Part shown: piece by piece, positions 12,493 to 30,807 of the stretch
Layout of the letters: every line of letters starts with the position of its first letter
Position numbering within the stretch: position 1 is the stretch's first letter
DNA from: Catajapyx aquilonaris
Taxonomy: Eukaryota
Length of the DNA: 34,977 nucleotides
Direction: 5' to 3'
NCBI GenBank assembly: GCA_000934665.2
Contig: KZ539057.1
Coordinates: 1 to 34,977, forward strand
Translations under genes and position numbers: made by a program
Notes under the pieces: model-generated
What the model saw: the letters and a program-made list of their open reading frames with translations, nothing else
Told to the model about the DNA's origin: nothing
The model's database searches: none

Positions 12493-13783
12493 TATACTAA
12501 TGAATTACCAGTGCATTTTAATATAGTCTACTGTGATGTACAGGATATTGTTTTATTGTGCAAGATTAAGGCCTGTGAGCCTAGGATGTTAGTTACAAAG
12601 AAAACTGGCCTACTTGTGTAACACTGTTAAGGAAGTGCTTAAATGCAGCAGTCACACGTGATGAGGGAGACAGAAAACTTCTGCAACATTGGTCAAGGAT
12701 TTTATTGTACATGAGGGCAGAGTAACATTTATTTCTTGAGTCTACCATTACACATCATGACTTTTTAAAGAACCCTTCAGAGTTATAGTGAGCAGATACA
12801 GAATAAGTGAACCTCATATTTTGTGCAAAGGAAAAAGTTCTCTGGTTAGGTGAATTGATGAGAGGAATTGAGAGTGGATGACAGTTATATCAGAAAGTAA
12901 GAGAGTGTAAATAGCTGAAAAGAGGGCTTCTACAACATAGGCTGATTGTACAGCTGCCAGGATGCATTTTCTGGATTGAGAAGTGACAGTATAGTTCAGG
13001 ACAAGACATATGAGAATTGTTTGATCTTATTCCCACTATCTACACTGAACCAAGTGAGATATTTTAGTATATTAAGGCTTTCCACACAAGGCAGAGTTTC
13101 CATACCATGCATAAAATGATTTGCATGGTGTAAATGGTATGAACAAGGCAGATTACCTGCTATTGAAGGTTTTATTGCCACTAGAAGACTAGATATCTCA
13201 CTTTGATCATAGGAGGAGTATGGAATTAAGATTACTGCCACATATTTTGACCTGAATTATGACAATGAAAATATTTTATCAGTTACTAACAACAATGGAG
13301 TAACCATTTTCCTGCTGTGACTTTCCAATCCAGAAGAGTGTGGTTTCCTGGCAAGCAGTGCAACTGCCCCTTTTTCATAGGAACAGCAGTATGGGGGCAA
13401 AATATCACTTCAGAAGGAGGGCGAATTGGTGAAGGGAGGATGAGATGGCATGACATGAGTTCTTTTCAAGCAGCAGACAACCACTCTCTCCATGAGTAAT
13501 CTGAGAACATGCCAATCACTTGCAAATATTTAGATGGTTTACCAGTCCAGAAAGTGGTCTGTAAAAACTAATTTATGAGACGATATCCATGTAATTATTT
13601 TCTAGTACATAAAAGTGTATGGAGATGCATTGCAGGCTCCTGCTATACATGGAGCTGACACCATGGAACCAAGATTGTCACATGTGCGTCAGGCAGGCGC
13701 TGGGGTGAATGTGTGTGTGCTCGTGCCTGCGTATGATTAGCTGCAAGATTGATTTTGTTTTCTCCTTATCTCTCCTCCCACAG

Positions 13784-13972
13784 AAAAACTCCCGCGCTGC
13801 CGAGAATTTTGATCCTATCTTTACGAATGCGAAGACGGAACTCACACCTCCAGATAAGAACAGCCAGCTGATCCTAAACAATTTGACAGGCGACGAGTTC
13901 AAGGATTTCAACTGGGTGAATCCCCACTTCAGTCCAGTGGGACCAGAGGAACTCATCGTCACCCGTTCCTAA
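13784..13972 (+). CDS. Conventional protein kinase C, proximal alternative terminal exon (AGC C-tail, alpha/betaII-like)
   Basis: Polypyrimidine tract + CAG at 13781-13783, phase 0. Encodes KNSRAAENFDPIFTNAKTELTPPDKNSQLILNNLTGDEFKDFNWVNPHFSPVGPEELIVTRS*, with NFD, F-x3-F-T, turn motif LTPPD and an F-x-x-F hydrophobic motif. Confidence 0.88.
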   Translation, partial: KNSRAAENFDPIFTNAKTELTPPDKNSQLILNNLTGDEFKDFNWVNPHFSPVGPEELIVTRS

Positions 13973-16900
13973 GATGGAGTCAGCCAACGGCTGCTTCTCA
14001 TTTTATTTGAGGAAGGGGAAGCATTTTAAATCTCACCTTTTGTATTGTTTCTGGTCTATTTTATGGAAGCTATGTCTCCTTCTGTTTCTCTTTGACCATT
14101 GCAATCAATGGATTTCATTTTTTCTTTCCCTTGGCATTGATCAGCCATGTGATTTTGACAAGCTTGTCAACAAGCTAGTGACCAACGGCGATTCACATGT
14201 GTCACGTGACAATGATAGTCCCATCCAACAGTACCAGATTGCAAATGAGGTTATACTCGCATCTGTTGCTGCTGGAAGAAATTAGATTGAGCCTTGTCAC
14301 AGGACCACTGCCTTGAGAAATGCTCGCGCCTTTCTAGATATTGCTGATGGTGACCTCTTTCTAAGGTTGACCTGTCACCTGTCATTATTCTCAAGGAATG
14401 AAAAGATTCCTCTAACATGGACAAATCAGCACAATTCGTTCTTCCACACCTTGGTTCCTATCCACTCCCTGTTGGTTGACATTCTGTTGACATACCTCAC
14501 ACAAAATGTGGATGATGGTTTTAATATCACATCCCAAATGGTGTATAAGAGTGAAGGCCTAACCATGAGTTACCAGAAGTTTGCTGACTGACTAAAGGTA
14601 CCGTAACTTGCAATGTGGTATGTTACGTCCATAGTTCAACCTTTATGGCAACCAAGGTGGACTCATATCGGTTTGACACTTTCCTTGCTCTGATTGTTAT
14701 AATGCCCTGTTCCTATAAAAGGTAGAATTATATGACGAAAATATTCATCCTAAGGATGGGAGAAGGAAGCAAGCAAGACAAACAGAATTCAAGAAACTTG
14801 ATGTTAGAGTAACATGGCATTAGCATGTCAAGCACATTCTTTAAATCCTTGTACTCTAATATTCCACTAGTGATTTTTCAGGTTCACTCTGAAGTGAGGA
14901 AAGCGAGGAAAATGCATCCTACCCACATCTTCCTTGATTCACTTGTGTATTTTCTTACTAGTTCTTATGCAACTTGGAAAATTTGACACACAGTCTTGTT
15001 CCAAGATCAGAGTGTAGTCTTATCAGAAAGTCTATGCCATGTGGTTCATAGTAAACTTCCCATGTTGTGTGATGCAACAAATTTTAATAGCCAGTCAAGT
15101 CCAAAGGCCTATTATCTTCATAAGATCTTAATTTCATAATAAGATGATTTTAGATGAAAATTTTTAATTGGAAATGACACCTTAGAGCAGACCTAAATTC
15201 ATTATGTTCATTATGAAAATGTCCACATGATAGGGTTTGGGGTGTTGTTCTTGGACTACCTGGTATACTCTTATAAGAACTCGACATAGTTTAATGTATA
15301 AGAGATATACAATACTCAGACTTATTTGGCAATGGCAGAGACTTGTGATGTTTGATGCCAAATGTTACATATTATGTCTCAGACATGTCATATTCTAACA
15401 TATCCTATACCTTTAGGACGTTGTTCAATCAATATTTAAAATATAATGTACAGAATATACCTAACACCTGGTGGTCCGTGCTAAAATTCCCAACCATATC
15501 AATAGACACTTTCAAACAGTGTGTGAACTGCTAATCTTGTCCAATGCAAAAGGGTCACTTGAAATACACTATAATTTAGATGTAGGTGTAATTAATATTA
15601 AATCAATGACATCTTTACTTAGCATACGATGTTAAATTAAATGCCAGTTTTTTAATGCTTCATTTTGCTCTGTGGAATTTAGCTTGAATCACCTGGTACA
15701 CAAGGTATAAGGTACCCAAGTGAACAACTAGCTGCAAGACATCTGCAAAATTGTGCTCCGTTACTCTTCCCAAGATACACAGACATTGTAATGAAGCCAA
15801 ACAATGTCATTTATCATGGCATGACTGTGTACATTTAGTAGAAAAAGCACGTTGACATGGGGCTTTGTGTTGTTGTTCACCTGGGAGCATCTCACCCTGT
15901 GCATACTGAGGTGAACTTTTTTGACCGAGCAAGATGATGGGAATGCAAGTGTAATGTTGTATAAAGCTGCTTGGTGTCACAAACTTGCATAATTTGGCAC
16001 GAAAGAAGCTTGATGGAAAGATATTACATACCTACAAGATATTACCAAAAAAATATATTGCTTCTTCTCTCCATAAATAGTATGGGCATGAATCTTGGGA
16101 AACTGTGGTTCTGCTATTTTTAATTTTAATTTTCTATCAGATAGTGCTTGGAATAAGCTTTATATAACTGTGGACATAATTATTGTGTGTGAATATGACT
16201 ACATATTAATTCATATTTCTCAGGCAGCCCTGCGTAACTTGATTGAGTCATATTACTTGTGTAGCGAAATGATGCTCAAAAAACATATCGTCGATTCGTC
16301 GTCCTTCTTTCAAAACCTCGAATCATATGTAAAATCAATTGCTGCAATTTTCATTAACAGGATGTGAAATTTATATAGTTTTTATAACAGTAAAATATAA
16401 TTAGACTAAGCACATCAGTGAACATGTTGTGACAACATGAATTCTGGTGCAGTATCTAGAGCAGTTACAGAATGAACCTTGAGGTTTCTACAAAATGTGA
16501 TGTATTTCTGCATCATTTGCAGGAATGCAGCAGGAGCAAAATGCTAGTCCTGCCTTATCACTGCACACTCAAAAAGTTTGACCAACAAATTTACTCATGA
16601 GGTTTTGAAAGTATCATGGCGATACACGGTGTCGAGTCTTTGTTATTTTGTCCTAATAAGGAATTGCATTTCCTATGAGACTACTAAAACTGGTAGGCAG
16701 AACAGTGGGAAAGAAATGATGGCATACTGTACATATTGGATGCGTGTCATAATCATATGACTTATACACAAACTACTGTATACACATAATTTTATTTCAT
16801 AATATATATGAAGACAGAGGAACCAATATAGGACTGCACAAACAAAGTGCAGATCTGTTGGAACCCAGCAGATGGGAAGCAAAAATACTAGAGCATGGCT

Positions 16901-19861
16901 GGTAAGACTAGGTCTTGGACATGTGCAGTCCAGTTGATAGTTGTGCAATGCTTGTGAACATAATTAGTTATGTTCTTGTCTGCTGCTTATACTGGCATAG
17001 GTGGTAGGCCAGCTAGCTCAGCTAATATTTATACCTCAATTCTCTTCAGTGCATATCCTAACTGAAAGGATGACTTCTTTTGCACTCTTAAATTTTTTTA
17101 TGCTATTGCACCTGAGATAGCTTTTCATTCCAATTGCAGCAATGTTAGGACTCACTAAAGAATAATGCATTTCCACCAGTGGCATCTTTTGCAAATAGGC
17201 AAATAGCGCCATTGTCACAGACTCAGAAGGCTGAAATAGCCTAGTTGTTATTTTTTTCATATCCTCAGAGAAGTCGCCACTGGCATATGCAGGGGTTTTA
17301 ACGAACAATGTAGGCTACTTGATTTTATTTCATCTGAAGCATTCATGTGACATTATTGACGTGTTTTAGTTGTTCAATCTTGTCTACAGCAGACAATAAT
17401 GAAGTAAGAGTCAATTTGATTTTATGTCTTGTTGCTGTTTTTTACGCAAGAAGCTTTGACAATATACTGTATTATTCCATTCAGCAAGTACACTGTAAGC
17501 ATGAACACTTGGCCTGATCCACCTGACATTTATTTGGGATTTATTTCCATGAAACACATTGAAAGCATTAGAATTTGGTTGTTGTATGTATTAGGACAAC
17601 ATTTTGTCCAGGATAAAGTGAACTATTTTTATATACTGTGATTGTTCAAGTTTCTACTTTTAATTATGACCTGTACAAATTTCCTTCACAAAACTTGCTC
17701 AGTTTTCTTTATAACTAGATTATATTACCTTGTTTAATTTTGTTAGCAGAAATACGTCTTTTGAAATGCGATGAATTTCATGAATCTGGAAGTGGTAACT
17801 CATAAGAATAAATTCAAATCGGAGAGTAGATACAACACATGCACTATGGAGGGGAACAGTAATACATCACTTCATGAGGGGAACTTTTGTAATGCCTCAG
17901 TTCCTTTCTCATACATTCATATTTTATGTTTACTTTATACCAATAATTGCTGCTCACTTATGCCTTTCTTTTTGATGACTACCTGTGTGGTAAGGCATGA
18001 ACTGGACGAGTAAAACTGTTACTTTGATAAATGAGTTGTAAAATGTAATTGCTGGCTAAATAGTGTCATCAGTGGTATTTTCCAAGTTACTCGTTATCTG
18101 GAAGCGTTGTTATGTCATCTAACTTATAATATCTGGAGGACTTGTGTTTGTCAATATCTGTTAAATTTCTTATAAATACAGCACACCACCTTCTTAATGT
18201 AGGTCCGTATGTGGGTGTGTGGATATGCCCCCGTGCATGCATTTTCCAAACATATTTGGCATAAACAGGATGGTGAGAAGTGTACCAAGAAATAACTGAT
18301 GTTGAAGACACAAGCTTTGTGATGGACAGAAATGAATGATGAAAGCCTTTATTGCATGTCAAGTTTTTAAAACATTTTGCCTTTTATGTAAACATGTATT
18401 TACATCTGTGTTACTATGTAGTTGTAGACATCTTATCTTCTAAAGTTTTAAATGTAAAAGTTCTGTATAATGTGAACTTTGTGAAAGAAATCAAGTGATT
18501 AGAGGCTGTGAAGAAGCTGAGAAGTAAGACAAAAATATGAAGGAAATGAGAGGTGCAAAGAAATTGGGATCCAAAATATCTTGGTGGACAGTAACAATTT
18601 TTGGAACAACTACCAGTACTTTCTTGCTCGTACATGTGTCCACACCACATAATTTATGCCACTGGTCCCTCCACAAGAGAATTGTACGATATTAAGGCTC
18701 AGTTGCATGAACACATTTAGGGGAAATCTCCATTATACTGTATACTATGGATATTACCCATAATAATCAGATATTTACCCTTCACCTGTGTTCATACATC
18801 TGAGTGTCAGATGATTGATTGCATTCTAACCATGACTTACATTGAGCAAATTTGTCTAACCCTTGTTTGGATGGACCAATGGTATTATGCTCGTTTATTT
18901 AGGCTCTCTGGCATTGTACACTGCCACCCTAACCTATTCACCTCATTCTGTCTTCCTATTGGATGTGATAGCATTTTCATACCTGCCCTACTCCCTCAAA
19001 TTACCACATTCATGTTTAACCATTATGTTATTTCTTCTCAGACTTGCAATCAAGTCGAAGGTTATATTAGTTTGCAATGAAACAATTATCATATTATGCT
19101 ATTAATTATGCTGTGCTATTCATGTACCATTGTTATCCAATTTAATGGTGTGCAGTAGTTTCTGAGCAATACATTTCCCTCACCTCCCCTTATCGGTTAA
19201 TGTACGTATCAATTGTGGAGTGCACAACATACAATACATTGTAAAAAGAAAGTGTTTGTTTAATTTGCATCACCATTTTTCAGTTTAATGTAATTCAATT
19301 CCTGCAGGGAACCATGCATACATGCAGCTTTCTCCTCAACGCATACTAACATGTGCCATTCTAACCAATTTCATATTAAATCTACCCAGTTATTGCGGAA
19401 TTTTTTCTGAGATCCAGTACTGGAGCTGGTAGAGTAATGTACTTGAGTAGGTCCTCTTGGTAATCTAGGAAACTACCAGCATTATGTCTTCTACCCCACA
19501 AGAACAACTGCAGAAATGATTGGTATTCTTGTGCTGCATGAGGTATCTCTTGCATTTTTGCTATACTTTTTTTCCCACTCCATAACTTGACAGTTAGGCA
19601 AGCATGGTTTATGGTAAGAGAGCAACTTTTAGCATGTATTGTTCACATTGGAATTTGGCACAACTTAGTCATGGGACCTTGCAGTATGTTTATTCATGAA
19701 GAGTATACTGTGGAAGTTGACTGAATGGTCATACTCTAATTGTGAAGAATCTCAGTTAGAGAGTGAGGTAGACAAGGACAAGCAAATTGCTTGCCAATAC
19801 CTATTAGAAGAGCCTGCATACCCCATTACTAAGATGACTTTGGTGCTTTATTTTCTTGCAG

Positions 19862-20014
19862 AAGCACAGAAAGGACGTGAGCAACTTCGACAGACAATTT
19901 ACATCCGAGAAGACAGATTTGACTCCTACAGACAAACTGTTTATGATGAACTTGGACCAGACAGAATTCATGGGCTTCTCTTTCCTCAATCCGGAGTATG
20001 TCCAGCACGTTTAA
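19862..20014 (+). CDS. Pkc53E: Conventional protein kinase C, distal alternative terminal exon (betaI/Pkc53E-like)
   Basis: Branch-like TACTAAG (19827-19833), acceptor ttttcttgcag, phase 0. Encodes KHRKDVSNFDRQFTSEKTDLTPTDKLFMMNLDQTEFMGFSFLNPEYVQHV*, very close to the recalled arthropod cPKC C-terminus. Absent from the ORF track (different frame, no ATG). Confidence 0.95.
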   Translation, partial: KHRKDVSNFDRQFTSEKTDLTPTDKLFMMNLDQTEFMGFSFLNPEYVQHV

Positions 20015-21128
20015 AGATGGTAGCTGCTGTAAGTCTTGCTGTCATCTCACTGCTAACTCGGTTCTTGTCCTTCAAACTCATGTCTTGGTTTCATACGTTC
20101 GGACAGTACAAACCACTTGCACCTTGACCTGTCTTTTCTTCCTGAGCAAGTTGGTCAGGTCACTTGACTGTCTTCAGCATGAATGTTTCCAGTGCGAGCG
20201 TGACTATCTTTTTCGCACTCACCTGTTTGCTCCTTATCACTCCCGACTGGACATACATCTCAAGAATAACTGTGGCCACCATTACTTATCCCATCTTTTC
20301 ATTGTCTCTTTAACACCTCCAATAAGAATCATTGCGCATATATCATCACCCACTTAAGGTTTCATCATCGGGATTGATTAGGACTGACGAATCTTATTTA
20401 TGGCATGCTGACTGCTTAGCAGTGTCATAGACCAATATTACTGTATGTACGAGTATTTCTTTTCTTGTAGTCATTTCATTCTGAATGGTTGTGAATCTTG
20501 AAAACACGTCATTATCCAGTGTAAGAAACCACGTGTTAATTTCAGTTTTTCCCCTCACTTCAACTTTTGCCACAAAAAGGTAATAACAGTTCTCATGCAT
20601 AGGTGTTCAGATGCCAGGCAAAAGAATGATTGTAGCTTTGTGACAAGTTTTTTGTTGCCAAAATATTTTTCTTTTGGCCTAGACTAGTTCTATTTCAAGG
20701 CATTTAATTGTTAAGTTTTTGATGCATTCCATGCCATGTTGGAATTGTTAAATGCATGCTAAATGTTGAAGCTGTCATGCTTGATCAATTTCGATAGTAT
20801 TCTGTGGTAGGAGGACCACTTATTATAGGCTACATGTTGCAAGTATTCCCTATTCTGCCACTCCCTTAGGTAGCAAAATAATATTTTCTTCGTAGAAATA
20901 GAGTGACGCACTGTTTATCTAACTATTGACTAACTTTTTACAATAACACTTGAGCCTTACTCCCTGTTTGTATCATATGTGACGTGTACTCACTGCTCAT
21001 CATTACTGAAAAGTAACTTATCGATACCTAAAACTGTAAAATAACATTTTTTGGTTAAATGGTTTCAAATTTCAACCTTAAGTGAAGTCAAGTAACACTT
21101 TCCTTGTAAATTGTCTATATACTGGTAA

Positions 21129-21167
21129 AATAAATGTGTGGTAACCTTCCTAAATGGCCAAAATAAA
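21129..21167 (+). promoter_or_regulatory. Candidate polyadenylation signals for the distal PKC exon
   Basis: AATAAA at 21129-21134 and 21162-21167, followed by T-rich sequence, ~1.1 kb after the stop. Confidence 0.55.
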
Positions 21168-22011
21168 TGTATTGCATTTTATTTCCTCTTTCAGTGATTT
21201 TCTCTTGTCAGCAGAATGATTCAGTGGTCCAAAACAAGGTAATACTCACTTGTCAGTCAAAAATGGATTTGGCAATCTTGTTACTTTGAGACACCATTAA
21301 TTACAATCACAAATGTTGGGACCATCATATGAGGACAACCGATATCCTCTTGAACAGTCTAGTAAAGCTGTGAAGATAAATTGAGAGCTGCATGCACTTG
21401 TTAAATCTGATGAGAATGTGTTGCATTGGAGAGGACAAAGGAGCTGTTTTCAAATGTGAGGTGACCAAGAAATATTGCAAAAGAATTTTAGTGTGTGTTG
21501 AATAGCATGTACTAGTACTTTCACAATAAATTGTCCCAGCACTTTATGTTACAAAAAGAGAAATTATAAGAGAAATTGAAACAAAAAATTCACAGACATG
21601 AACTTGAAACCTGTTTCCTGCATTTTCACATGTAGGCCTACTTGTTAAAATCAGCAATTTTTTCACAAGTCAATTTCATCCAATCAAGTGCTTCAAATAT
21701 ACTTTCTAGTGGTGTAGTGGTCAAAACACAGCCATCCACCTCTTAGGTCCTAGTTCTATCCTTGAGTCAGAAACTACGGTAGGTAATATAGCTTTCTAAT
21801 GTTGAAAGATTTTATATTGGTTCTCTCCACGTGTGCATTGGTTTACGGATGCAGGTTACGGCGTTACGCTCTTCTTATGCTGATTCATGGAGGGTGACAG
21901 TGCGAAATTCCAAGAATAAAGAGTGCCCATATCAGATTTGGAAAAGCCCATTTTCAGTGCCCCAGATTGACGGTGGAGGTGACCGGCATGAGCCAAGGCA
22001 AAAAATTAAAT

Positions 22012-22680
22012 GAGGCAGTCAGAGGAAGAACGGCATATCCCAACCAACCTCCAATTTTGAGATTGTAGTGCTGTTGTACTCTCCTGCCATGTACCTTTCA
22101 TGTGTTGAAGTACCAAATGAATTGGGATATGTCAAAGGTCACATATTGGACTTGTAAAATTTGTCCGTAGTGGAAAAACGGCCTATCCCAACTCTGCTCG
22201 CGCTTCAGGCAGGAGTGTGGGTGTGTCTTTGTATCACTTACAACAGAAGTACAGTGATCAAAGAAAGATTTTTAAAAGGCAAAATTCAATGACCTTATGA
22301 GAATGTTGAAATACATACCCACCCATCTACCATGACTATAAAAATCTTGTACATGATGGTGTTGATGTTGTAGAAGAATGGGAACATCTGGAAATGGATT
22401 TGGACCAGTAAATAAGTTTCATGTGAAGTGCAATGAAATGCATCATTATGCTTTTTTTCCACTTATTAATTTTTATTGCATTTTCAGCACATAAACATAG
22501 GAAATATTAAAGGCGAAGAGTCTAATATTTGCAGTAAACTCCTAACAGCATGGTTTACAAACCCTGAAGAAATTAACTCAAAAGTCTAAAAATTAGCTGC
22601 GTTATAAAACAAAACACAAAAATGCATTTTTCTCAAAATGAACTCCAGTTGGGATATGCCGTTCTTCCTCTGAGCGCCTC
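22012..22680. mobile_element. Non-autonomous DNA transposon, Sola2-like
   Basis: ~33-bp TIR GAGGC..TCAGAGGAAGAACGGCATATCCCAAC / GTTGGGATATGCCGTTCTTCCTCTGAGCGCCTC; GAG...CTC termini; 4-bp TSD AAAT (22008-22011, 22681-22684). Confidence 0.8.
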
Positions 22681-22993
22681 AAATAATAATGACAACATCA
22701 CAATCGGACTTTTCAGATCCCAATTGTGGTGCACAAACAAATATTATTTTATTTCCAGAATTTTGCAGCTTCAGACAATTGCATTTTTTGGGGAGAAGGC
22801 CATCGCAATTGTAACTACAACTGTAGGATTACTCCTGAGATGATTTTTTTTCAATTGTAAGGCAAATTACCCATGACAGTATGCTTGCAATATTTATCTA
22901 CCACATCCTCCTCCAAGGGAGTGAGTAATGTAGCCTACGAGTAAATTAATGGGTAAGGACTGGTGTCATTCGACTGTCTGCCGTGCAATATTC

Positions 22994-23061
22994 ATTTGTG
23001 GCGGGGCCTACTGTACCTTGATTATGATCATAATCAAGGTAGAGTAGGCCCCGGCACAAAT
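22994..23061. repeat. 68-bp spacerless near-perfect palindrome
   Basis: atttgtggcggggcctactgtaccttgattatga|tcataatcaaggtagagtaggccccggcacaaat. Confidence 0.85.
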
Positions 23062-23370
23062 CCATACTAATTAGTAGCTAATTAAAAGAATACATAAATT
23101 TAAAAAATCACGTGGTATTTATTTACACCATGTGCCATTTGAAGCATGACAAAAATTGTGAATGAAATTGTGAATTAGGAAATTTTTTTCTGGTACACTT
23201 GGAGAGCTAGTTTTATTGGCTCTAGATGGGGACAAATCTCCTGTTATATCGCTTCCTGACTCGATTCCAGTGCACTTTGTGAGAGTTGACCTCGTCAGGT
23301 CATCCCCCTGACCCCGCAAGGTCACTCAGGGTCGTGGTCTAATAATAATACAACGAGTACGGAACATCCG

Positions 23371-23376
23371 TTTATT
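23371..23376 (-). promoter_or_regulatory. Candidate poly(A) signal of the SLC49A4-like gene
   Basis: AATAAA on the minus strand ~230 nt downstream of the stop at 23605. Confidence 0.45.
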
Positions 23377-23604
23377 GGACTAGACATGACTCGGACTACA
23401 ACACAACGAGCCCCCAGTCACTCCGTATACCAGTGCATACACAGCTTCCCCCCCCCCCCCCNNNNNNNNNNNNNNNNNNNNNNNNNNNNNNNNNNNNNNN
23501 NNNCCCCCCCCCCCCCCAGGTCTCCGCACCGCACGCATTTGCCACTCCAGTGATGGAACGTCACAACTTCAATGGGTGCCTTATACATAAACTTAAATAT
23601 TTCA

Positions 23605-29372
<5,768 letters not shown>

Positions 29373-30807
29373 CACCCTTACGTCGTACAATAGTTGCCAT
29401 CAAGTAATCCCCGCCAGCCACAACAGGAAGCGAGAATCAGCACGTGCATGCGTCAATCATCAAAGGCTTCGCACTATTGCCATTCAAGTTGCACTACCAA
29501 TATGCTGGTTTATTGCGGTACGCGAACGTCACTATATAGAGGAAAAGCTAGATAAGTTATCGAAGGAACAGCTGCAGGAAAGAAGGAAAATACAGTCAAC
29601 TATTAACGGTAAACAGTCACTACGGCCTCAGCCCAGCTCTGCGTTCGAGTAGAATAAAATTGCAAACTGAAAACATCTGTGAGTGAAGGTCAGAGTTTAC
29701 GTAATGCGTGATACGAGGCGGCCTTCTAAATCATGGACTTAACAATTCCGAACAAACGGATGCTAAGCTTCAGAGAGTTTATACAAGGATATAGATCTCA
29801 CTTCATCACTTGTCCGTCCGTGGCCATGGTCCGTGGTATCAGCAGTCTACATAGCCTACTGTCGCATTCAGGAATTTGATAGCAGGTGTGCACACAGGTA
29901 TGTTTCGTGCGACAGGCTTAACTAAATGCATACGCCACTGTCACTAGCCTTGAAACTCTGGGTGAATGGGCGGGAATACATATAGGGCCTACGTCACGCA
30001 CGTCCTTCTCGTAGGTCCATTAATAAAAGCTACAAAGAACGTTTCATATGATATAAAAGGCCGAGGACGACGCGACGTGCCGATGATGGTTTGGAAACTC
30101 GCAGAATAAACTACACCATAATTATTTATAGCAGTATTTAATCATGGAAAACTGGTAAACGATGAATTAAAAGTTTGACATCTTGTTCAAAAATCCAACG
30201 CCAACCCGAGGCATCGAACATTACGACAAAAGCACACGAGATTTAGACCTACTTCGGTGCAAAATGCATCGGCGCGGTGCAGTGTCATGATCGGACAGTC
30301 GACTTGTATGGAGGGGTCACACCATCCTTGCGGGACATTGGCCTATCATGAGGAAATTTTCGGAGAAAACTAGATGTCTACGGGGCAAAAGTTTCCGATA
30401 GTAATTTCCAAATGAAGGCCATCAAGGTAGTCCGCTTGGGGGCAAAAACGGGCATTTGGGCATTTAGGTGCAACTTCCAATCTGTGTTCCATTAAATATG
30501 GTATCATTATTATAATTTCCTCCAAGAAGGTTCAATCCACAACTTCCTACCTTCCCCAATGCAATTATTACTCCCCGGAATCTGAACAATAATGAATTTT
30601 TCAAGTCATATGGTATTGGGGGGAAATGTTGTTTATTAGAAAGCCTCCAAGTGACAGGTGATTGACCAAAACAATGACACAATGCACTCGTCGACTCCAT
30701 CTGGACGTCAGCTCATCGGTTGTTCCTGTAAAGATAAGATGATGAATTTTAGACTATTGCCTTTAAACATTATTTGCGAATCACTTTGTAACTTCTAATA
30801 TATTCGG

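Noticed and set aside
1..13783. Further PKC kinase-domain exons
   Set aside because: None recognised by eye; they are presumably upstream of the window, though a very small exon could have been missed.
14155..14211. Short perfect palindromes ttgacaagcttgtcaa and tgtcacgtgaca after the proximal PKC stop
   Set aside because: Too short to separate from chance without conservation data.
19696..20127. 143-aa ORF from the ORF track
   Set aside because: Wrong frame; the real coding exon (PKC tail) lies inside it at 19862-20014 in another frame.
21400..21440. CTGATGA as a hammerhead ribozyme core
   Set aside because: No stem II/GAAA or flanking helices follow.
21706..21775. tRNA-like A/B boxes (tggtgtagtggtc...gttctatcc); similar relics near 6080 and 34596-34650
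   Set aside because: No cloverleaf, tail or TSD; at most decayed SINE heads.
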